NCBI GenBank assembly: GCA_043228905.1
Contig: JBHGNT010000010.1
Span: 15,500,001-15,564,000 of the forward strand
Reading direction: 5' to 3'
Length of the DNA: 64,000 nucleotides
DNA from: Azolla caroliniana
Taxonomy: Eukaryota > Plantae > Polypodiophyta
Shown here: positions 25,390 to 35,600 of the stretch, piece after piece
Layout: each line of letters begins with the position of its first letter
Position numbering within the stretch: the first letter of the stretch is position 1
Position numbers and translations under genes: made by a program
Notes under the pieces: model-generated
What the model was told of the DNA's origin: nothing
The model's input: the letters and a program-made list of their open reading frames with translations, nothing else
Database searches by the model: none

Positions 25390-28300
25390 TGTCGTGAAGA
25401 TTTTCGTCCATAGGCGGAAAACCGAGCGAAGCAAGCAAACCCGCGATGTGCAACGTTGCACATCACCATGTTGTATTTCTATTTATCGATAGTGATAAGT
25501 ATGGTGCTAGAAATGCACCTTAGGATTGTAAAGTGTAGAGGTGATGTGCTTTTGCGCGCACATCCACGTGAGAGAGAGAGATAGGTACATAGTAGTTCGT
25601 GTAGAGGTGGGAGTTAAGACCCATCCTTCCCACCTCCCCTAAAATCAAGGGAAATATCCCCATTGATTGAAAGGGGATATTTTGTAGCACCCTTTTATGT
25701 AACGGTCTTCCCTCCTTGTGCTATAAAGGGAGAGGAAGGGCACCATTGTGGGGGGTTGCCTTATTTTGAGTGTGAGTGAGGTATACCATTTCGTTTTAGG
25801 GTTAGGGTTTCGTTTAGGGTTTCTTTTCTTCTTCGTCGGATTAGGGTTTCGGGTTTATCTTAGTCGTTTGGTGCGGCCTACGCGGCCGCCATTTTGTAAT
25901 CGGTTTTCGGTTCTAATATATCTTGTTGAGCATTTGGCCTCCATCTCCCTCTTGTTCATTCTTTCTCTTCTTGTGCTAAGCTCCATTCCGAAGTCCTATT
26001 CCTTCTCCCCTTCTCCTTAGTCCAAGACCCCCGTGGTCCCGCCCTTCTCCACGCACGCGCGTAACAACGCGACATCTTTGGTGAACCCGACGTGAAAGGC
26101 GGCAAGGGAGAAAGAGATGGAGGAAGGCTTCGACTTCGAGGAGATGATGACAAAGATCTTGATGGACGCCGGACGGAAGAGGGCGAGGCGAGAGGCGGCT
26201 CAACAAGCGGTCGAAAGGGTGGTCCGTCTAGTCGGCCGGTTCGATGGGAAGGAGGTCCCAAAATTTTTGAGAGCCTACGATGCGGAAATGACGGGGATGG
26301 GCGTGGACGAAGCGACGAGGCTAGAGTTCTTTCGTCGAGCGGTGGCCGCATCAAAGTACGAGGAGGTCAAGGAGCTCCAAGAAGCTCACGAATCGTGGGA
26401 GTCCTTTGAAGGGGCTCTAATGGAGGCATACGGGTGCGCGGAATCGGAGGTAAGAGGTCGGCGAGAGTTCGATCGGTGGATGGCGTCGGCGAGGCGCCAT
26501 CGGAGCGCAATAGAGGCATTCCGAGAGTTCGAGCGTCGTTTCTCTCAACTCTCGGAGTGGGAACGAAGATCGGTGGGGGCGGACAAAGTCCTCCTATTTT
26601 TGGAGACGGTCCATCATGAGGAGAGGACGGACATCATGTTCGAGCTTCAAGACGATTATGGGGCGCATGGTCTCACCGAGGAGTGGCCCGAAGTGGAACG
26701 GGTGTGTCGGCAACATGAGGCGAGGCGGTCGGCCACAACACGGCCCGCGAGCGGGGGAGAAGAGAGAGCGACGACCGACTACGCCATGCCGCCGGACGAG
26801 AGCTCATCGCGAACCGGTTTGGAGGGGCTCGACCTACAAGCGCTAATACGGGAGGCGTGCGGGCTCGTAATGGCGAAAATCGAAGCCGAAGAATGGCTTA
26901 TTGCGGGGTCGGGCCCGAGCGGATCGGAGGACGCGGAGGAAGGAGCTTCCTCACACATGGAGGACGGGGCCTATGCGGAGGCCGAAAGAGAATGGTACAT
27001 CGGTACCACGGGAGAGGGTGCGGAGCGAACCGCCCTCTCGACATGGGGGAAAAGAACGACCGAGGACGAGGTCGGGGACGGTGAGGCGGCGATCGCCGAT
27101 TCGAGCGGGCATGGCGGATTCGGGACATGGTGGCCCGAATCATCGAGTACGGAGGAGACAAGCGGCGGTACCGCAACCTTCCACGCACCGGTTCAAGAGA
27201 CCCCGGCGGCCAGCCCGAGCGCCCGCGTGAGACCGAGGGAGAAGAACGGTGGCGGCGGCAAGGCGGGCAACCGAGACAACGGTAAGGAGACCGCGGAAGA
27301 GGCGGCGGCAAGCATAACCGATGCTTGCATATACGGAGGCGGGGTAGCCACGGACAACGTCGTCGGAGCGGAGGTGGCTACGGACATTACATCGACGAGC
27401 GGCGGTCCCGCGACCTTACACGCGTCATTCCTGGAGATCACGGCGGCCGGCCCGAGTGCCCGCGAAAGACCTATGGTGAAAGGCGGTGGCGGTGGCAAGG
27501 CGGGCGACCACGGCGTCGACACGAGAGAAGGTGCGGAGCAAGCGACCGTCTCATTTCGGGGAAAAAGAACGGCCATGGACGAGGCCGATATCTACGGAGC
27601 GATGGACGCCACTTCGAGAGTGGGCGGAAGTTTCGGGACGCGGTTGCCCGAAACGTTCTACGAGGATTTCGCGAGCATACTCGAGGCTTGCGAAATGGAG
27701 GAGGAAGACGAAACGAGCGATGGTGTCGCGACCTTCCACACACCGGCCCTAGAGGCTTCGGCGGTCGGCCCGAGTGCCGGCACGAGACCTAGAGCTACGG
27801 ACGGTGGCGGCGGCAAGGCGGACAACCGAGATGAGGACGAGACCGGCGAAGAAGAGGCGGCGGCAAGCATACTCGATGCTTGCGAAACCGAAGACGGGGT
27901 AGCCACGGACGACGATGTCCGAATGGAGGTGGCTACGGACGAGAGGAGTGGTGGTGTCGCGACCTTCCACACACCGGTCCTAGAGACTCCGGCACCCGGC
28001 CCGAGAGCCGGTGAGAGGCCTAGAGTGACGGACGGTGGCGGCGGCAAGGCGGGCAACCGAAACGACGACGACATGGGAGAGGGTGCGGAGCGAGCAACCC
28101 TCTCGTCTTGCGGCGAATGGACGGCCAAGGATGAGGCCGGTGACTACAAAGCGGAGAGCGCCACTTCGAAAGTGGGCGGAAGATTCGGGGCACGGCGGCC
28201 CAAAACATCGAGCGGAGAGGAGGCGAGCGGTGGTGCCGCGACCTTCCACACACCGGCCCTAGAGGCTTCGGTGGTCGGCCCGAGTGCCGGCACGAGACCT

Positions 28301-31050
28301 AGAACGACGGGCGGTGGCGGCGACAAGGCGGGCAAACAAAATGACGCGGAGAACGGCGAAGAAGAGGTGGTGGCAAGCATACTAGAGGCTTACGGAATCG
28401 GAGATGGGGGAGCCGCGGACAACGACGTCCGAACGAAAGCGGCTACGGAGACAACAAGCGGCGGTGCCGGGTCCTTACCCACACCAATCCTAGAGGCTCC
28501 AATGGCCGGCCCGAGTGCCGGCATGAGGCTTAGTGCGACGGGAGGTGACGGCGGCAAGGCGGGCAATGGAAACGAGAAGGAAGATTGGAGCGGACGGAGG
28601 CAAGACCCCTTGACACCGGGGCCGGAGACTTCGGCGGTTGTGCTCGAATGCCAACGTGAGACCGGAGAGATGGGCGGTGACCGTGAGGAGGTGAGGCCCG
28701 GAGAGAGCGCATACGAAGACGAGTATGCGGGGCCCGGAATGGGCGTATACGGTGGGTCCAACGGAGAGGACCGGAGCGGAAACGAGGAGAGAGTCGGGAA
28801 CCGACCCGACCGGAGTACGGCACGAAAGAAGAAGAGAGTAAGGGCCGGCGAACCGGGCCCAAACCGAAGGAAGCCGGCGAGACCGATTGGCCGGTTACGG
28901 TTACGGTTACGGTTACGATGGGAGCCGGTAAGCGCGAGATGGAGGCTAACCGGGCACGACGACCATGGTTCGGGGGAAAAACGGAAACAAACGAGACCCT
29001 CCATACCCACTCTAGAGACTACGGCGGTTGCGGATCAACATAAGACCGGAGAAACGGCGGGTGGCGGCGAGGAGTCGGAGGCCGGAGCGTACGAGGTTAC
29101 CGGAACGGATATCCGGTACGAGATGGTGGACGGGTGGGTCCAAGACGGCGAGCCCGTGTCGGAACGGGCTACGGCGACAAAGGAGGAGAAGACCGACACG
29201 GAGGTCGGGTCTACGGCGGAAGAACGAGACGAGATGCATGCAATACGGCCGATGGAGGGCCAAGACACAAGCATGCCTACGAAGGAGCCACATCGAGCGA
29301 CCGAAGATGACGGTCGGATCACGCCTTCGAGAGGCGAATACGAGGAGGAAGGCGGCGACGACAAGACCTGGCACGATGCTAGGGAAGATTGGTGGGAAGA
29401 GGTGGCCTACGGAGAGGCTAAGACCGGCGGCCACGAAGATAAGGCCCGAGAGGGATCCTCCACACCGGCTATAGAGACTCCGGCGGTCGGCGCGAGTGCC
29501 GACGTGAGACCAAGAGTGGCGGACGGTGGCGGCGAGGGGACGAAGGCCACAACGGATGAAGGCACCGAGAGAGGCATACGGGAGGTCGCGGAGAACGAAG
29601 ATGTATGCGCCCAAAAGAACGAACGCGACATCACGAAGGATGTGTGCGGAAGAGCGGGCCAAGAGGGCCAAGAGGGTGTTCCTCCGAGCGAAACGGAGGT
29701 CGGGGAAGAGGGGTACCTTTCCGAAAGGGTACGCGAAGAGGAGCGGAATGCGAAACGTGCAATACGGCCGCATGAGGGCCAAGCAACGAGCACGGGAACG
29801 ATGGTATGCTCTACGGCGAGAGAGCACGACAAGCAAAGGGAAGGCGAAAAATGCGTGATGGGGTCATCGAAGGACCGAAGCACGAGCACGCATTCGGAGG
29901 ACGACACCGACGTACGGGGAAAGCCTACGGAAGGCGAGCGCGGAGCGAGAAGAGTCGGCACGACGAGGTGCGCAAAAGGCGGATCCGGAGGATATGCGAG
30001 GCGGACAAAGGGTCGGCAACGGCGTTCGGGAGGACCGAACGGGGAGGAAAGCGCGGGCATCGGATATGGCGGTCCGAGTGTAGTCGGTGGTTCGAGGAAG
30101 CACGGTGGACGTGGCGGATCAGGTGGAGGCAACGACTCGGCGAGCGTCGTCGAGTGTGGCGGATCGGATGGGGCCGACGGTTCGAGACCATTCGACGAAG
30201 GTGGTGGGCCGGAAGGCGACGGTGGTTCGTGTGGACGGGGTGGAAGACGAAGCCGGGCAAGCCCACGAGGTTGTCAAGGGCTCGGTTGGCCGCCTTGGCC
30301 GAAAATCTCGCGTTTTGTTCCCCTTTTGGCACATACCGGTGGATGTGCGGTTAGGTGGGGGCGGATGTCGTGAAGATTTTCGTCCATAGGCGGAAAACCG
30401 AGCGAAGCAAGCAAACCCGCGATGTGCAACGTTGCACATCACCATGTTGTATTTCTATTTATCGATAGTGATAAGTATGGTGCTAGAAATGCACCTTAGG
30501 ATTGTAAAGTGTAGAGGTGATGTGCTTTTGCGCGCACATCCACGTGAGAGAGAGAGATAGGTACATAGTAGTTCGTGTAGAGGTGGGAGTTAAGACCCAT
30601 CCTTCCCACCTCCCCTAAAATCAAGGGAAATATCCCCATTGATTGAAAGGGGATATTTTGTAGCACCCTTTTATGTAACGGTCTTCCCTCCTTGTGCTAT
30701 AAAGGGAGAGGAAGGGCACCATTGTGGGGGGTTGCCTTATTTTGAGTGTGAGTGAGGTATACCATTTCGTTTTAGGGTTAGGGTTTCGTTTAGGGTTTCT
30801 TTTCTTCTTCGTCGGATTAGGGTTTCGGGTTTATCTTAGTCGTTTGGTGCGGCCTACGCGGCCGCCATTTTGTAATCGGTTTTCGGTTCTAATATATCTT
30901 GTTGAGCATTTGGCCTCCATCTCCCTCTTGTTCATTCTTTCTCTTCTTGTGCTAAGCTCCATTCCGAAGTCCTATTCCTTCTCCCCTTCTCCTTAGTCCA
31001 AGACCCCCGTGGTCCCGCCCTTCTCCACGCACGCGCGTAACAACGCGACA
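25390..31050 (+). mobile_element. Non-autonomous gag-only LTR element G4; 685-bp LTRs 25390..26074 and 30366..31050; TSD GCGT
   Basis: No LTR mismatch seen by eye; GCGT at 25386..25389 and 31051..31054; Trp PBS 26079..26096; PPT before 30366. Confidence 0.96.
26117..30373 (+). CDS. 1418-aa Gag N-terminal domain fused to a repetitive acidic Gly/Ala/Thr-rich region; no PR/RT/RH/IN
   Basis: First ~200 aa align by eye with G1/G2/G3 Gag (AVERVVRLVGRFDGKEVPKFLRAY; FREFERRFSQLS; KVLLFL; GLTEEWPEVERVC); the rest holds repeats such as SGGxATFHTP...GPSA...RPR...GGGGKAG. Confidence 0.85.
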   Translation: MEEGFDFEEMMTKILMDAGRKRARREAAQQAVERVVRLVGRFDGKEVPKFLRAYDAEMTGMGVDEATRLEFFRRAVAASKYEEVKELQEAHESWESFEGALMEAYGCAESEVRGRREFDRWMASARRHRSAIEAFREFERRFSQLSEWERRSVGADKVLLFLETVHHEERTDIMFELQDDYGAHGLTEEWPEVERVCRQHEARRSATTRPASGGEERATTDYAMPPDESSSRTGLEGLDLQALIREACGLVMAKIEAEEWLIAGSGPSGSEDAEEGASSHMEDGAYAEAEREWYIGTTGEGAERTALSTWGKRTTEDEVGDGEAAIADSSGHGGFGTWWPESSSTEETSGGTATFHAPVQETPAASPSARVRPREKNGGGGKAGNRDNGKETAEEAAASITDACIYGGGVATDNVVGAEVATDITSTSGGPATLHASFLEITAAGPSARERPMVKGGGGGKAGDHGVDTREGAEQATVSFRGKRTAMDEADIYGAMDATSRVGGSFGTRLPETFYEDFASILEACEMEEEDETSDGVATFHTPALEASAVGPSAGTRPRATDGGGGKADNRDEDETGEEEAAASILDACETEDGVATDDDVRMEVATDERSGGVATFHTPVLETPAPGPRAGERPRVTDGGGGKAGNRNDDDMGEGAERATLSSCGEWTAKDEAGDYKAESATSKVGGRFGARRPKTSSGEEASGGAATFHTPALEASVVGPSAGTRPRTTGGGGDKAGKQNDAENGEEEVVASILEAYGIGDGGAADNDVRTKAATETTSGGAGSLPTPILEAPMAGPSAGMRLSATGGDGGKAGNGNEKEDWSGRRQDPLTPGPETSAVVLECQRETGEMGGDREEVRPGESAYEDEYAGPGMGVYGGSNGEDRSGNEERVGNRPDRSTARKKKRVRAGEPGPNRRKPARPIGRLRLRLRLRWEPVSARWRLTGHDDHGSGEKRKQTRPSIPTLETTAVADQHKTGETAGGGEESEAGAYEVTGTDIRYEMVDGWVQDGEPVSERATATKEEKTDTEVGSTAEERDEMHAIRPMEGQDTSMPTKEPHRATEDDGRITPSRGEYEEEGGDDKTWHDAREDWWEEVAYGEAKTGGHEDKAREGSSTPAIETPAVGASADVRPRVADGGGEGTKATTDEGTERGIREVAENEDVCAQKNERDITKDVCGRAGQEGQEGVPPSETEVGEEGYLSERVREEERNAKRAIRPHEGQATSTGTMVCSTAREHDKQREGEKCVMGSSKDRSTSTHSEDDTDVRGKPTEGERGARRVGTTRCAKGGSGGYARRTKGRQRRSGGPNGEESAGIGYGGPSVVGGSRKHGGRGGSGGGNDSASVVECGGSDGADGSRPFDEGGGPEGDGGSCGRGGRRSRASPRGCQGLGWPPWPKISRFVPLLAHTGGCAVRWGRMS

Positions 31051-31540
31051 GCGTTCCAGTGCTCTCTTCTCGGATTGCTCATGAACTAACTGACTACTCT
31101 GACAACATAAGCAATATCTGGACATGTGCACACCATTACATACATTAAGCTTCGGACGACATAGGCATATGGTATATTCATCATATCCGACTTCTCTACC
31201 TTTCTCTTCAGGCTCTGTTTTCCGGACAGCTTACAGTTCACCAGTAGTGTCGACCCAACTAGCTTTGCATTTGCCATGTTGAACCTCCGAAGCACCTTTC
31301 TCACGTATTTCTCCTGTGACAACCACAACAGCTTCTTCGACCGGTCCCTGATTATGTGCATGCCTAATATTTGTCTTGCCGGACGCAAATCTTTCATTGA
31401 GAAGGTCCGGTTCAGAGCCTTCTTCAGCATTCGGATCTTGATTTGGTCTCATCTGATGATCATCATCTCGTCCACATATAGCAGGAGTATCAGAAAGTCG
31501 CCTTCGTCAAATTTCTTCACAAACACACAATGATTGGCTT

Positions 31541-32404
31541 GCGTCTTGTGGTACCCTTGGTTGGTCATAAAGGAGTCGAAATTTCGGTGCCATTGTCAGG
31601 GGGCTTGCTTCAATCCGTATAAGCTTTTCTTCAGCCGTCATACCAGGTGTTCCTTCCCTTTCTTCGCAAATCCTTCCGGTTGCTGCACATAGATTTCTTC
31701 CTCGAGTTCACCATGAAGGAACGTTGTCTTGACGTCCAACTGCTCGACCTCAAAGTTCATGCTTGCCGCTATGCTTAATACTGTCCAGATGGATGTCATC
31801 TTTACAATCGGGGCAAAGATCTCATCAAGCGTCTTGTGGTACCCTTGGTTGGTCATAAAGGAGTCGAAATTTCGGTGCCATTGTCGGGGGGCTTGCTTCA
31901 ATCCGTATAAGCTTTTCTTCAGCCGCCATACCAGGTGTTCCTTCCCTTTCTTCGCAAATCCTTCCGGTTGCTGCACATAGATTTCTTCCTTGAGTTCACC
32001 ATGAAGGAACGTTGTCTTGACATCCAATTGCTCGACCTCAAAGTTCATGCTTGCCGCTATGCTCAATACCGTCCAGATAGATGTCATCTTTACAATCGGG
32101 ACAAAGATCTCATCAAGCGTCTTGTGGTACCCTTGGTTGGTCATAAAGGAGTCGAAATTTCGGTGCCATTGTCGGGGGGCTTGCTTCAATCCGTATAAGC
32201 TTTTCTTCAGCCGTCATACCAGGTGTTCCTTCCCTTTCTTCGCAAATCCTTCTGGTTGCTGCACATAGATTTCTTCCTCGAGTTCACCATGAAGGAACGT
32301 TGTCTTGACGTCCAACTGCTTGACCTCGAAGTTCATGCTTGCCGCTATGCTCAATACCGTCCAGATGGATGTCATCTTTACAACCGGGGCAAAGATCTCA
32401 TCAA
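31541..32404. repeat. Three tandem 288-bp copies of a copia RT segment
   Basis: GCGTCTTGTGGTACCCTTGG begins at 31541, 31829 and 32117. Confidence 0.93.
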
Positions 32405-32604
32405 GCGTGCGTTTCAGGCTTGCAGGGAAAAGTGCCATTTCCGAGTTCAAAGATTGCTACTTTAAAGTGGAAAGAAAAGTGCAAAGCATCTTCTTGCCTC
32501 ACCAAGATCCGGGCTTTGTACCTTGGTGAATTTCCGGCGTCTCCCGGTTTCAGCTTGTACACCCACTTGTTTCGGAGTGCTCTCTTTCCTTTCGACAGCT
32601 TCGA

Positions 32605-35600
32605 TGTCATAAAGATTTTCGCCAATGGTGTGAAAATTAAATGGAATGTACAAAATCGAGTGTGGTTCTTCACACACAACATAAAACAATAATAGTAAAG
32701 ATACTATTTTATACTAGTTTAATATCTTGGTACAAAAAGATGGAGGTCCTCAAGAGCTTCCGAATGTACTTTACTACATTTGAAACGGACAACTAAATGT
32801 CAAGTTATGTGAATGTGAAGTTTGTGAAGAAGAAGAGAAAAACAAAATTGTGAGATATCCCACATACATAGGACAACATCAGGATTCAAGATTATATAAG
32901 TAGAGCCATATCTCTTTGTATTTTATCTATGTGCTAGGAGCACAAAAAGGTTGGGTTGTATAATTTGGGTGAATGGATGTGGCCAAGTTATTCAAATAAT
33001 GTTTTGGACGGAGCCGGAATCGGACGACGACAACGACCAGGCGGAGACGACGAACCGTTCTTAGTTTGTGTTTTAAAACGGATGTGAGCAAGGCTTGAAC
33101 CTTACACCTCCAAGTTGAAAGTCAATAGGCTTACCACTAAGCCAAGTCATATTTTCAAAAGCTTTACTTTGATAATTTTACATGTAAATTCTCATACATG
33201 AGAGCTTGAATGAGTGACATGGTTATCATGTAACACATGTAATACATGAGCGCCAAATGGCAAACTTGCATCTCATGCATGTCCTGCACCTTCACAGGCA
33301 TCATGTGCATGGGGGCATCTATAAAAGAGTGGATGGAGAGGAAAAACGGGCTAGGGATTAATCAGGAAATTCAGAGGAAGAAAATTCGTTATCCCATTTT
33401 TGTGATGTATTAATCTTGTCTCTCAATCTAAAGTCAAGCGTTCTATCTTATTTCAATCTCTCTCTCTCTCTCTTTCAATCTATGTTAAATACTTTCTTGC
33501 TAAAGTTAGTGCAAACTTTGATTCCTTCCGGTCCAGGACCTCGGTTGTTCTGCCTCACAATCCGCACATAGTGACGGATCTTCACGACATATCTAAGTGG
33601 TGAACCCGACGTGAAAGAGGCGGTAGGAAGGATTAAGTCGAGGATCGACCGATACTTGGAGATGGCATCCTCAAGCAATCAAGCGGGAGAGTTTGAAAGG
33701 ATGATGCTAATCGTCGAACAAATGATGAGATCTTGAGACAACGATGCGAGCGTGAAGAAGGTTGTCGACCGTGTCGTAGAGCTCGAGGGTCAATTTGATG
33801 GAAGGAGCATAACGAAGTTCATCGATGCATACAGAAGGGAGATGAATCAGAGGGATGTGTTTGAAGCGCATCAAATCACAAGTTTCAAGAGAGTGGTCGC
33901 CAACAACATCCAAAGGCGCGTCATCGAGCTTCAAGAAGGGAAGACAATGTGGTCGGAGTTCGAGAAAGTGATATTAGCGGAGTTCGCAATGGAAGATTTA
34001 TCGAGGATGACTCGACATGCTTTGATGAAGTGGATAGAAAAGAAAATTAAGAGAATGAGCGCTTCGAGGGTGTAGGATGAGTTCGACCAAATGTTTCATC
34101 GTCTCCCCACCACAGACCAAGTGCTGCTTGAGGAGGACAAGACTTTGCACTTCTTGAAAGCTGTGGACATGAAGGATAAACGAGAATTGGGGACTCTTCT
34201 TGAAGATGATACCCAAGCAAACGGGCTTGTGGCTGACTGGATTGCGGTAAAGCGGGCATGCAATAGGCTCGACAAGCGTCGTCAGTGGGTTGATGACACT
34301 GACTTGGCGGGATCGACTGTCGCGGAGAAAACAAGACAACCGAAAGTAGATGAGCCGTCCAAACAAAGCAACCTAGAAGAAAAGAAGATTGATGACGACA
34401 TCATCGAAGAACTCGCGAAGAAGTTCGAGATGGTCACGCTAGCCAACATGAATCGTCGGGGCCCCAAAGGAAAAGAACTCTTTAGATGCATGTGGTGCAA
34501 TAGCATGGACCACATGAGAAGGGATTGCGCGAGCCTTCGACATGCCATTCGAAAAAATGTCGTATACATGGATGGCAACATGATCTGCTCGAGTGAGACT
34601 AGAAGACCCCTGCGAGTGAATTTCGGAAGAGGGGGAATGAGGAAAGCTATGGAGGATGTCGAGGCTACTCATGTGGATGTGATGCACTATGATGCGTTGG
34701 CCGGAATAAGAGTCGGGAAAGACAAAACTGAAGCTGCGAAAGTGGGAGCAAAGTTCTGGTCTACCGTTCTCGAGTATGAGAAGAAGGGAAAAGTCACTTC
34801 GAACGAGGTAGAGCTTGCAGACCGAAGTGTACAAAGTATCACCGGATGGTCGGATCCGGTGGATGACAACACCGTACTCGCGGAAGTGAAGTGTGACAAC
34901 CACGAGGTGTTCGTCGAAGAAAAGAGAAAAAGAATAGAAGAGCAAAGCCCATCAAAAAGACATGAAACAAGGAACGCGAAAAAGAAAGAAGATGCAGAAA
35001 CGAGTCGAGCGTTACAAACGGAGGAAGGAGACTCGAGCCGGAAAGGGGAGTCGAGCAAACGAGTCGAAGAAACGATTCGATCCGTGGAGTTTGGTGTTGA
35101 AGACCCCGCTCGGAAGACAAGAACTATGCCTACCTATAAGCTAAGGTCGGACATAGAGTAGACGACAGACCTGAAGAAGATTCTCGAGGAACGTGTTCTT
35201 GATAGCCCTGTGACTTTTTCCTTGAGGGAATTACTCGGCATTACGAAGAAGGAGTTCCGTGACACGATCGTGGACCTTGTATAGAGAAAGAGGCAACAAT
35301 CAGACGAGGAAGAAGAGAAGCCACAAAAAGCAAAAACAAATGCCATAACGATGGCAAAGGACGAAGTCGATGAAGATATGGTGGACAACCACTATACTCG
35401 ACCTCATTGGGCATGAGCGACAATGGAGACGCCAGTGAAGATCGGGAAGAAGAAAGAGACCGTGGTAGCCTTGATCGACCATGGCTCGGAGATCAACCTC
35501 ATGTCAACCGACTTCTACAAAAAAGGAAGATGGCCAATTAATACAAACCACGGATGGAAGATTCAAGCAGCAACAAAGGCGACAGAAGACTTGTACGAAG

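Larger units (their letters stand above)
24306..32604 (-). mobile_element. Ty1/copia element C3 (3' LTR ~24306..24839, RNase H/RT); interrupted by G4 and cut by G5
   Basis: PPT AGGGGGAGAT at 24840..24849; TEAEYM, LYCDSQS, HWN|AVKWILRYL split by G4, LLYVDEM, RNKWVYKLK; LTR is related to the solo LTR at 44817..45697. Confidence 0.83.

Noticed and set aside
25796-25855. Interstitial telomere
   Set aside because: Only a few interrupted TTAGGG(TTT) units, duplicated as part of the LTR.
26898-30445. Many overlapping antisense and alternative-frame ORFs in G4, and similar ones over G1-G5
   Set aside because: Shadow ORFs of GC-rich coding sequence with no recognisable motifs.
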